Part shown: one piece after another, positions 23,669 to 34,770 of the stretch
How the letters are laid out: each line of letters starts with the position of its first letter
Numbering within the stretch: the stretch's first letter is position 1
Assembly: GCF_001194135.2 (NCBI RefSeq)
Contig: NC_069002.1
Location: forward strand, 1,711,702-1,754,472
DNA: 42,771 nucleotides
Origin: Octopus bimaculoides
Taxonomy: Eukaryota
Direction of reading: 5' to 3'
The notes under the pieces: generated by a model
Told to the model about the DNA's origin: nothing
What the model saw: only the letters and a program-made list of their open reading frames with translations
The model's database searches: none
Made by a program: the position numbers and the translations under genes

Positions 23669-25188
23669 GCTACCGCATAGTTAAACTTAAGATCTTTCCA
23701 CACACACACACACAAACACATTAACACACACACACTACCCCTCCNNNNNNNNNNNNNNNNNNNNNNNNNNNNNNNNNNNNNNNNNNNNNNNNNNNNNNNN
23801 NNNNNNNNNNNNNNNNNNNNNNNNNNNNNNNNNNNNNNNNNNNNNNNNNNNNNNNNNNNNNNNNNNNNNNNNNNNNNNNNNNNNNNNNNNNNNNNNNNNN
23901 NNNNNNNNNNNNNNNNNNNNNNNNNNNNNNNNNNNNNNNNNNNNNNNNNNNNNNNNNNNNNNNNNNNNNNNNNNNNNNNNNNNNNNNNNNNNNNNNNNNN
24001 NNNNNNNNNNNNNNNNNNNNNNNNNNNNNNNNNNNNNNNNNNNNNNNNNNNNNNNNNNNNNNNNNNNNNNNNNNNNNNNNNNNNNNNNNNNNNNNNNNNN
24101 NNNNNNNNNNNNNNNNNNNNNNNNNNNNNNNNNNNNNNNNNNNNNNNNNNNNNNNNNNNNNNNNNNNNNNNNNNNNNNNNNNNNNNNNNNNNNNNNNNNN
24201 NNNNNNNNNNNNNNNNNNNNNNNNNNNNNNNNNNNNNNNNNNNNNNNNNNNNNNNNNNNNNNNNNNNNNNNNNNNNNNNNNNNNNNNNNNNNNNNNNNNN
24301 NNNNNNNNNNNNNNNNNNNNNNNNNNNNNNNNNNNNNNNNNNNNNNNNNNNNNNNNNNNNNNNNNNNNNNNNNNNNNNNNNNNNNNNNNNNNNNNNNNNN
24401 NNNNNNNNNNNNNNNNNNNNNNNNNNNNNNNNNNNNNNNNNNNNNNNNNNNNNNNNNNNNNNNNNNNNNNNNNNNNNNNNNNNNNNNNNNNNNNNNNNNN
24501 NNATGTATATATATATATGTATGTATGTATATATATGTATATACGTCCAGACACAAATATACACATGGGCACATACACACACACATCTTACACACACACA
24601 CACACACACATTACACACACACATTACACACACACACACACACACACACACCTTACATACAAAACAGAGAAGTCAGACAGAAGGTGCCAACGATTTATGC
24701 AGAAAACAGTTTGAAAACGATTGAAGCAAATAAAAAGTGATTGTTTATTATTTTTTTTGTCTTTTTTTATTTCCCTTTGATTTCAATGTTTTATTCTTCC
24801 TTTTCTTTTTGTACTGTTGTTTGTTTTATACGTATTTTTCGTTTATATTTTTATTTTATAAACAAATTCTTACCTTTAACTATTCCTGGTGTTAAGAATT
24901 TCTCTTTACATAGTGTTTGTTGCCAGTGTTGTTGCTGTTCTTGTTGTCATTGCTGGTATTCCTGTTGTATTTGCTTTTACTGCTATTGTTGTTGTTGTTG
25001 CTGCAGCAGCAGCAGCAGTAGTAGTACTAGTAATAGTAGTAGCAGCAGTAGTAATGGTAGTAGTATTAGTATTAGCAGCAGCAGCAGTAGTAGTAGTTGT
25101 AGTTGTAGTTGTAGTAGTAATTATTGTTGTTGCTGCTGCTGTTGTTTAGGCGGTTGTTGGTGCTGTTATTTATGTTGAAGTCTGCGTT

Positions 25189-25221
<33 letters not shown>

Positions 25222-25436
25222 ACAGTAACAACAACTACAACATCAACAGCGGCGGCAATAGTAGCAACCACTACCACCACAGTCAACCACAACATCAATG
25301 ACTCTATCCAAAAGCAACGACAACAAACGGAACAAAGACAACAGCGAAATGAGTTTAAAAAAACAGTAGCATAAAAATAAAAAAAACAATAACAGCAACA
25401 ACAAAAAAAAGGAGTCGTCAGACCATCCAATGACAG

Positions 25437-25473
<37 letters not shown>

Positions 25474-25654
25474 AGCATCAAAACTAGCGAGATAGAAAAT
25501 AAACGAAACGACAAGAACAGGAATGAAAAATAAAATGGAAGCAAAAAACACAAATTTCAAAATGTCGCCAGCAAACATACTTCCGCCAGAAAATCAAATT
25601 TAATTCGATCGAAATTCCTTGATTATTTTATTATTAATTTTCTTTTTATATATC

Positions 25655-25733
25655 GGTGCAAGGAGTGGTTGTGGGGTAAGTAGCTTGCACACCAACCACA
25701 TGGTTCCAGGTTCAGTCCCTTGGAAGAAGCCCG

Positions 25734-25779
<46 letters not shown>

Positions 25780-25969
25780 TCCTCTCACCCACCATCGCTT
25801 GACCACCGATGCTGGTGTGTTTACGTCCCCGTAACTTAGCGTTTCGGCAAAAGAAACCGATAGAATAAGTACTAGGCTTACAAAGAATAAGTCCTGGGGC
25901 TCGATTTGTTCGACCAAAGGCGGTGCTCCAGCATGGCCACAGTCAAACGACTGAAACAAATAAAAGAAT
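25655..25969 (+). mobile_element. SINE family A, head to tail, with internal deletion and internal (TG)n
   Basis: The order is head, gaagaagcccgtcg, (TG)n, body, then the tail ggcggtgctccagcatggccacagtcaaacgactgaaacaaataaaagaat. Confidence 0.92.
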
Positions 25970-28172
25970 GTCTTCTCCTTTTAGTTCTTATTTATTCATT
26001 TTATTTATCTATTTATTTATTTGAGCAACGAGTGCCGTCGGTGAAGTTTGAAACCGTAATTGTAAAGTATGTTGAGTGTTTGTTTAGAGTTTTGTGAGGT
26101 GGACAGAACCGTTTGACGATTCGTTGGCAAAGGTTTGCATCTGAACAAGTCTAAAATCATTCTTAACCTGTTTTGTCTGACGCGTCAAACATTAAACCCA
26201 AACACTTTCATTCTACCCAACAACACCCACCACCACCACCACCACCACCGCCTTCACTATTTCTTCTTTGTCTTTTTCGTCTTCATCGTCTCTCAAATTC
26301 TTCCTCCTCCTTTTCCTCGATAATCACAAGAATTACGTCTCTAACAGCGAATGTTTTCACTTATAAGTGTCTTCTTTTTGTTTGTTTTTTTTTGTTTTTT
26401 TTTTACTTCAATATTTGTTTCTTCTAAATTGTGTTGAAACAAACTGAAATAAAATGAAATAACAAAAACAATAAAAANNNNNNNNNNNNNNNNNNNNNNN
26501 NNNNNNNNNNNNNNNNNNNNNNNNNNNNNNNNNNNNNNNNNNNNNNNNNNNNNNNNNNNNNNNNNNNNNNNNNNNNNNNNNNNNNNNNNNNNNNNNNNNN
26601 NNNNNNNNNNNNNNNNNNNNNNNNNNNNNNNNNNNNNNNNNNNNNNNNNNNNNNNNNNNNNNNNNNNNNNNNNNNNNNNNNNNNNNNNNNNNNNNNNNNN
26701 NNNNNNNNNNNNNNNNNNNNNNNNNNNNNNNNNNNNNNNNNNNNNNNNNNNNNNNNNNNNNNNNNNNNNNNNNNNNNNNNNNNNNNNNNNNNNNNNNNNN
26801 NNNNNNNNNNNNNNNNNNNNNNNNNNNNNNNNNNNNNNNNNNNNNNNNNNNNNNNNNNNNNNNNNNNNNNNNNNNNNNNNNNNNNNNNNNNNNNNNNNNN
26901 NNNNNNNNNNNNNNNNNNNNNNNNNNNNNNNNNNNNNNNNNNNCGATTCCGATGGAAGTCTTTGGAGTTTTTCTTTATTCATTGTGTCTTTGTAATTAAA
27001 GGACGCATAATTTTCGCCCCAACTTTCCGTCACAGACTATGACGGAGGCAAAAACCCTTGACCGTTTCCTAGAAAGAGTAGGAGGAGGAGAAAGAAGAGG
27101 AAGAGAAAGAAAAGGAGGAGGAAAAAACAAGAAAAATAAGAAATATACGCGAGAACAAAAGAATGAAGTAGAGACGGAAGAAGACGAAGAAGAAGAAGAA
27201 GAAGAAGAAGAAGAAGAAGAAGAAGAAGAAGAAGAAGAAGAAGAAAGAAGGAAAGAAAAGAAAAACGGAGAACAAGAAGGGTACGACAGAGTAGAAAGGG
27301 ATGAAGAAGTGAAAACGGATGAAAAAAATATTAAGAAGAAAAAGTAAAAAAATTGAAGACAAGAGGCGAGCAAAAGAGGAAAGATTGCAAGACATAACTG
27401 GACAAAGTTGTAAGAGATTATTGGCAAATACGGGATTTGCTTTTTTATTTATTATACAAATACCGCCAGTGTGTGTGTGTGTGTGTGTGTGTGTGCGTAT
27501 CTATAAGTATCTATATATATGTATGTGTATATTTATAAATACATACAGATATGTGTGTATATGTATATAAGTGTCGCTAGGTTATATATATATATATAAT
27601 GTACATATATGCATATGTATATACATACGTATTATGCATTTATATATGCATACGTATGTGTGAGTGTATACGTGTATACACAAATATATGCATACACACA
27701 TACACATATATGTATATATATGAAAGAATGTGTGTCATTGCATGCAAACGTATTTAAACACGTTTTCATACGTGGTTTATGTGTACGTGTGTGTGTATTC
27801 GTGCGTGTTCTTGAGTGCAAGTGTATTTGTGTTCGTGTATAGGTGTGTATGTGTGTATGCGTGTGTATGTGCGTGGCGGTGTGGAGAGGGGTGTAGAAGA
27901 ATCTAAACTTATAATCCCTTTTGTCGCGGCCGGAGACAATCCATATCAGAATACTTGTTAGATTTGTTTCTTCAGTCGGTTGTTGTGTGTTCTTGTGATT
28001 ATTAAATAAAGACCGTGCAAAGCCAATAGCAACGAGGAACAACGCACACACACACACATGTATATATACATATCTAAACTCTCATATACATTACACATAT
28101 ACACATATATACATGCAGCCTTGATTGCCGTCTAAGAGCTCAAGAAATACCAATACAACTTCCGGTGAAATA

Positions 28173-28236
28173 ATGTCGGAAGATTTTTTGAGATTACAAT
28201 ATAATACCAAATTTTTGATTTCTGTAGCTTCAACAA
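28173..28236 (+). CDS. Candidate upstream coding exon of tll (MSEDFLRLQYNTKFLISVAST+A), or only its last 9 nt (28228-28236) as a micro-exon
   Basis: It ends GCT TCA ACA A|GT in phase 1, which spliced to 29117 gives [12 protein letters not shown], resembling TLX GSTS-RILDIPC. The donor GTGTTA is weak, so this is speculative. Confidence 0.25.
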
Positions 28237-28261
28237 GTGTTATGGTGTTTCTCTCTCTCTT

Positions 28262-28299
<38 letters not shown>

Positions 28300-28550
28300 N
28301 NNNNNNNNNNNNNNNNNNNCTATCTCTCTCTCTCCCTTTCTTCCTGTATGTGTGTATCTGTGTATTTGATTGTTGTATATGTATACAGAGCATAAGTTTT
28401 GATTAGCAAATCTACATCCTAATGTAGATGTTAATGCTTTCATCTAAGAATTAATAGCATTAAATGTACATACTAACACATTTCTCTCTCTCTCCCACTT
28501 CCTTCCTTCCTTCCTTTCTTCCTCGTTCTCTTTATCTCTCTCTGTACTTA

Positions 28551-28582
<32 letters not shown>

Positions 28583-28622
28583 TCTATAGAGGCTGTGTGG
28601 TTAAGAAATTCGTTTTGCAACC

Positions 28623-28890
28623 TGATCAACGGAACAGCTTGCTCGTGAAATTAACGTGCAAGAAGTTGAGGGCTCCACAAACACGTGTACCCTTAACGTA
28701 GTTCTCAAGGAGATTCAGCGTGACACAGACTGTGACAAGGTTGGCTCTTTTTAAATTACAGGTACTACTCATTTTTGCCAGCTGAGTGGACTGGAGCAAC
28801 GTGAAATAAAGTGTCTTGCTCAAGGACATAACGCGTCGCCGGGAATTGAACTCATGACCTTACGATCATGAGGCGAATGCCCTAACCACC
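28623..28890 (-). mobile_element. SINE family C, well preserved, nested between A-type head (28590-28622) and tail (28934-29007) fragments
   Basis: The minus strand reads GTGGTTAGGGCATTCGCC...GAGTTCAATTCCCGG...GTCCTTGAGCAAGACAC and matches 37862-38094. Confidence 0.9.
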
Positions 28891-29116
28891 TGAAACATGC
28901 AAAAGATAAAATATAAGATATATAGTGAATTGAATTTGTTCGACGAACGTCTTGAGTTGATGCTCCAGCTAGCCGCAGTCCATTGACTGAAACAAATAAA
29001 AGAGTAATGGTGTAAATACAAACGCTTGTATGAAAGTGTAACCATTTAATACGATATTCTCGTCTCAATGCAATTATGTTCGTTGCCCCTGATTGCGAAT
29101 ATTTTCTATTTAAAAG

Positions 29117-29198
29117 GTCGGATACTGGTTGATGTACCCTGCAAAGTGTGCCAAGACCATTCCTCGGGTAAACACTATGGAATATACGCTTGTGACGG
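29117..29198 (+). CDS. tll: Tailless/TLX (NR2E1/NR2E2-type) nuclear receptor, internal coding exon: first zinc finger up to the P-box ([28 protein letters not shown])
   Basis: Manual translation from 29119 gives [26 protein letters not shown]+GG, closely matching Drosophila tll ([27 protein letters not shown]) and vertebrate TLX as I recall them. The acceptor is ttttctatttaaaAG at 29115-16 with a branch-like CTGAT at 29089-93, and the donor is GTAAGT at 29199. The exon is 82 nt, phase 1 in and phase 2 out; reading through the donor hits TAA at once. Confidence 0.93.
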
Positions 29199-30241
29199 GT
29201 AAGTTGCTGTCTCAGAAACTACCTTGTTTTATATCTTTGTTCAAATATATACGCAGACACTGAACTTGAGTCAAATCTCAGTCTGACAAAAACAGTAGAA
29301 AATTCTTTCAAATCACCCATCTTTATTATTAAAAAAAAGAAATTAGGAGAAATATTCCTGATAATTTGAGTGAATAGATTTAATTTAAATCATTTTATGT
29401 AAATTAATTATGTATCACAATAATGTAATTATACATTTAATGATGTTTATACTAATGAAACTTCTGTTGAGTTGAATTGAATTATAGGCTATAAGTAACA
29501 TTTTATGTTTTTCTGCTTATATTCTAAATATGTTACCCTTAAAGATGGTTTTAACGGATTCTGTGTAAACTTGGATTGACTGCAACGTAATAATGTGTTG
29601 GTGTTTAATGAACTGTTATTAATTGAGCTCTTAATTATCGTTATATATGTATGTATGTGTATTCCTGTCCCACCTATCCTACCTCTCTTCACCCCTATCC
29701 CACCTTTATCCTACCGTTATTTTCTCCTTTTCACTCAACCTCTTTCTTCCAGTCATTTCATCATGCTGAACCGTTAATCCCTAATCATTTTTTTCTCTCC
29801 GTTTTTTTTCTTTTTTTTTTTACCTCACAATCCTTTTTGTCGAAGATCATAAACTCGAAACGTCAAAGATTTTTTCCATTCTTCCCAAGCGTTAAACTAA
29901 TACATTTACTTGTTGTTCTTTCACTTGTCTTCGTCTTTTCCTTTCTGTAAATTTGAGCTATTCATATATATCCCAAGCACACACACACACACACACACAC
30001 ACGCAAATGAAAAGTGATATGATTGTTTTTTTTTTCATTTGTCTAGCTCGTAAACATCTAGCGTCTTACTAAGTTGAGATCACAGATTTAGTGGTAAGAC
30101 GGTTTGACGTCTATTTTTAGCATACAAGGGATCCACTTAGTGGTATCTCATATTGTTTCATACTAATTATAGTTATTGCGTTTCTTGGTACTAATATCAT
30201 GCATGCACACATACACGTATACACACTTATGTGTGTAAGTG

Positions 30242-30274
<33 letters not shown>

Positions 30275-30792
30275 NNNNNNNNNNNNNNNNNNNNNNNNNN
30301 NNNNNNNNNNNNNNNNNNNNNNNNNNNNNNNNNNNNNNNNNNNNNNNNNNNNNNNNNNNNNNNNNNNNNNNNNNNNNNNNNNNNNNNNNNNNNNNNNNNN
30401 NNNNNNNNNNNNNNNNNNNNNNNNNNNNNNNNNNNNNNNNNNNNNNNNNNNNNNNNNNNNNNNNNNNNNNNNNNNNNNNNNNNNNNNNNNNNNNNNNNNN
30501 NNNNNNNNNNNNNNNNNNNNNNNNNNNNNNNNNNNNNNNNNNNNTTATTATCATCATGATAATCAGCGTTGTAAATTACGTAGAAAATCCTCGCTTTGGT
30601 GATTCTGATAACAATGATGATGATGATGATTGTATTGGTAGTGTTTGGTGGTGACGGTGAGGAAGACGGCGTTGATTATAATATTGCAGGTGATGGACAG
30701 TGCCTTTCTCTTTAGTAATTGTACATCGACATAAACCTTTCACTCATCCTCTTTTTATGAATGTATGTATGTATGTATGTATGTATGTATGC

Positions 30793-30838
<46 letters not shown>

Positions 30839-30914
30839 TTGAGATGGAGAGAGTGAGAGAGAATCGATACATAGATTGTACAGGAGGTGCAAGGTGTGCC
30901 AACGGAAGAGGTCA

Positions 30915-30998
30915 AAGCGATTGCAGGGCAACGTGAAATGAAATATTTTGCTCAAGAACACTGTGCGATCCGAGAATCGAACTCATAATGTGACGATT
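30915..30998 (-). mobile_element. SINE family C head fragment
   Basis: gcaacgtgaaatgaaatattttgctcaagaacac...gaatcgaactcat is the reverse complement of 10090-10160. Confidence 0.7.
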
Positions 30999-31111
30999 AT
31001 GCATGCATACATACATACATACATACATACATACATACAACTTTATATGTGTTTCTATGTTTAGCTCTGTTCAGTTGAATAACTCCATATCTTCGTCCAT
31101 TTCTCAACCAG

Positions 31112-31247
31112 CGCTCCATACGTAGAAACAGACAATACATATGTAAATCCCGTGGCCAAGGTAATTGCCCAGTGGATAAAACACACAGGAACCAATGTCG
31201 AGCATGTCGACTGAAGAAATGTCTCGAAGCTGGAATGAATAAAGATG
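31112..31247 (+). CDS. tll: Tailless/TLX nuclear receptor, coding exon with second zinc finger ([45 protein letters not shown])
   Basis: The translation carries the NR2E signature [17 protein letters not shown]...MNKD; RQY and KSxxQG favour tll over dsf or PNR. The acceptor is tcttcgtccatttctcaacCAG and the donor is G|GTAAGT at 31248. The exon is 136 nt, phase 0 in and phase 1 out. Confidence 0.95.
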
Positions 31248-31421
31248 GTAAGTCTTTCCCCTCGATTTATTTACCAGCTTTAAAAATTTATTTATTTATT
31301 TGATCAATTGCTTGTCGCCTCGTTTTTTACCTGTCTCTCTTCTGGTTTGACAAAAGCATGCACGTTATAAAAAAATAAAAAAAAAACATGATTCTTAATT
31401 CCAGAACTGTTTAATCAGTGA

Positions 31422-31820
31422 GGTGCAGGTGTGAGTGTGTGGTAAGAAGCTTGCTTCCCACCCACATAGTTCCGGGTTCAGTCCCACTGCGTGGCAACTT
31501 GGACAAGTGTCTTCTATAGTCTCAGGTCGACCAAAGCCTTGAGAGTGGATTTGGTAGACGGACACTGAAAAAAGCCCATCGTATGTATATATATATGTGT
31601 GTGTGTGTGTTTCTGCTTGTCCCCTCCCCACAACGCTTGAGAACCGGCATTGGTTCTCGTATCAAGCGGTTCGGCAAAAACAGACAGAATAGGTACCAGG
31701 CTTCAAAAAAAACAAAAAAACATCGAGGGTCGATTCATTCGACTAAATGTTCTTCGAGCTGGTGCCCCAGCATAGCCGCAGTCAAATGACTGAAACAAGT
31801 AAAAGAGTAAAAGAATCAAA

Positions 31821-31824
<4 letters not shown>
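31422..31824 (+). mobile_element. Full-length SINE family A with internal (TA)n(TG)n
   Basis: Head, middle, microsatellite, body and tail (ggtgccccagcatagccgcagtcaaatgactgaaacaagtaaaagagtaaaagaat) are all present. Confidence 0.93.
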
Positions 31825-31888
<64 letters not shown>

Positions 31889-33349
31889 GCAACTAAACGC
31901 AAATCGATTGAACACTTTGAATCTTTTAAGCAGAAATCAGTGTCGGCGTTCCACTGAGTAATGTTTTATCAAATGTCAGGGACGACAGTTTGATTGAATA
32001 AATGGAAATTGCAACTTTAATTATCGTCTTTGACCGTGAAATAAGGGATGTGGAGAGGAGGAGGTCACACTAAACACGTAGCATGAGCAACGATACTCTC
32101 CTAACACAAAGAACATCCGTGCCGTTCACCACCGAAAACGCCATTGTATTCTAACCGTTGTTGTGCCAATACTCGCAATTTGCCAGCATCTCACGAAATC
32201 CATATCCAAACGATCAAGAATGTTCTTTCCGTTGTTGTTTTTGTAGTTGTTGTTGTTGTTTTATTGCATGTTATTTTATATACTTTATTTTATTATTTTT
32301 AGTGCTTTTTGTATATATTTCCCTTGTTTTATTACTTCCTTGTTCACCTACCTTTCCCGTTTCTTTTCCCTCGTTGATTTTTTTTCCTGGCTTTTTTCCC
32401 CCCTTTTCATTTTCTTATATGATTCTTGCACGTATTTCTTCTTCTTCTTCTTCTTCTTCTTCTTCTTCTTCTTCTTCTTCTTCTTCTTCTTCTTCTTCTT
32501 CTTCTTCTCTTTCTTTCTTTCTTCCGTCTTTTATTATCTGCTTTGTTTGTTTACTAATCTAGAGACATATTTTAGAGTATTTGGTGGTAACCAGCCAAAT
32601 CAATTTAGTCTAACAACAGGGGAAGAAACCTATTGATTGCGACACGAAGTTTTCCGGAGCTCTTTTAACGCTGGAGATGCGAAAAATACAACATCTATTG
32701 TTACCACTTCTCAGTCCACCCCACACCCACACCACAGCTAGATTTATTATTGAATAGTAACCATAAACAGAGAATAAATGCTAAATATTTCTTTTCTTCA
32801 CGTTAAAATACCTTGAGATTTTTTTTTCTGGTTTTCTTGTTGCAATTTGTTGTTTCTTTAATTATTAATGTATTTAGATATTTATTTATTTGTTGAATTT
32901 AAACATAACATTCTGATTTCGTTTACTTATGCGGTCATGTTTGTGCCATACAGGCGTAGGCATAACCATGTTGTTGAGAATTTTGTCTTAGAGTCACGTT
33001 ATTCTAGGTTCGATCACAATTGTGTTCGAACTTGAGGGTAAAAGAAAAAGAAGAAGGGCTTATCATAGCATCAGATTGTTCGAAACCTCGACAAGGATAT
33101 TTTGGAGACGGGAAACTATGCGCAAGCTCATCGTCCGGACTGCTATAACAGGCTGTTCTTAAGTCATCGACCGGTAACCCCCATTATAACCATCACCAAC
33201 AGCGTCACCACCACCACTACCACCTCCAACGCCAACACCGCTGGCTCTCTACTGATCAAGGGAGTTCTATTTACTTCAGCACCTCCTCTCCACAAGAAAC
33301 AAGGGCCAACTAGAGGGGCTAAATAACAGTAACATCACCCTTGTATATA

Positions 33350-33665
33350 CGTTTGTGTGTTTGTGTTTGTCCCCATCCACCCACCCTCGGTTGACAACCG
33401 GTGCTGGTGTGTTTACGTCTCCGTAATTTAGCAATTAGGCAAAATAGACTGATAGACTAACTACTAGGCTTACAAAAAATAAGTCCTGGGGGCGATTTGT
33501 TCGAGTAAAGGTGGTGCTCCAGTATGGCCACGGTCAAATGGCTGAAACCTTTAAACAAATAAATAAATATATACTGTGGTCGATTTATTCGACCAAACCC
33601 TTCAAGACGGTAATTACCCCAGCATGGCCGCAGCCTAGTAACTGAAATAAATAAAAGAATACAAG
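33350..33665 (+). mobile_element. SINE family A, 3' half plus a second tandem tail (33576-33665)
   Basis: The body matches 25790-25969, and the module cgattt.ttcga...ccagcatggccgcag...actgaaa occurs twice. Confidence 0.85.
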
Positions 33666-34388
33666 AATAGAAAAATAAATGTAATAAAATACAACAAAAT
33701 AAACAAATAAGGGGTTGCCATAGCTGGAACCCCTTTGATCGGACCTGGTCGGCAGAGGTGGTGGTGGTGGTGCGGGCGGAGGGGGTAAGAGAGGGGGTTA
33801 ANNNNNNNNNNNNNNNNNNNNNNNNNNNNNNNNNNNNNNNNNNNNNNNNNNNNNNNNNNNNNNNNNNNNNNNNNNNNNNNNNNNNNNNNNNNNNNNNNNN
33901 NNNNNNNNNNNNNNNNNNNNNNNNNNNNNNNNNNNNNNNNNNNNNNNNNNNNNNNNNNNNNNNNNNNNNNNNNNNNNNNNNNNNNNNNNNNNNNNNNNNN
34001 NNNNNNNNNNNNNNNNNNNNNNNNNNNNNNNNNNNNNNNNNNNNNNNNNNNNNNNNNNNNNNNNNNNNNNNNNNNNNNNNNNNNNNNNNNNNNNNNNNNN
34101 NNNNNNNNNNNNNNNNNNNNNNNNNNNNNNNNNNNNNNNNNNNNNNNNNNNNNNNNNNNNNNNNNNNNNNNNNNNNNNNNNNNNNNNNNNNNNNNNNNNN
34201 NNNNNNNNNNNNNNNNNNNNNNNNNNNNNNNNNNNNNNNNNNNNNNNNNNNNNNNNNNNNNNNNNNNNNNNNNNNNNNNNNNNNNNNNNNNNNNNNNGGT
34301 GGTAGTGGTGGTGGTGGTGGTGGCAGCAGCGGTGTCTGAGGCTGCGAAAGCTCTTGGATGTATGCGCGTAAGATTATTGTGCATTCCA

Positions 34389-34438
<50 letters not shown>

Positions 34439-34703
34439 TGTGTGAAACTAAACGAACTTAAGTTTGATTCCTTATATTCGTAGGTGTGTGATGGCGACGG
34501 TGTTGTTGTTGGTCACGATAGTGGTGGCGATGGGGGGAGAGAGTAGAGTCGAACTCGATGATGATGATGATGAGGATAGTGGTGGTAGTAGTGGTGGTGG
34601 TGGTAGCGGTGGTGGTGGCACTGGTGGTGGTTGCAGTGGTGAGAAGTTAAATCTATCTATCTATCTATCTATTTATCTCTCTATCTATCTATCTATCTAT
34701 CTA

Positions 34704-34770
<67 letters not shown>

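Noticed and set aside
27039-27347. Acidic/basic ORF MTEAKTLDRF...EEEEEE...KKKK as the tll first exon
   Set aside because: It is a purine-rich (GAA)n low-complexity tract with no convincing phase-1 donor, and it does not resemble NR2E N-termini.
31065-31111. Alternative acceptors at 31064 and 31074 supplying the missing residues
   Set aside because: One is out of frame, the other gives an immediate TGA, and neither encodes CAGFFK.
32118-32145. GCC GTT CAC CAC CGA AAA CGC (AVHHRKR) as the AVQHERGPR exon
   Set aside because: The match is poor and there is no AG acceptor at the required position.
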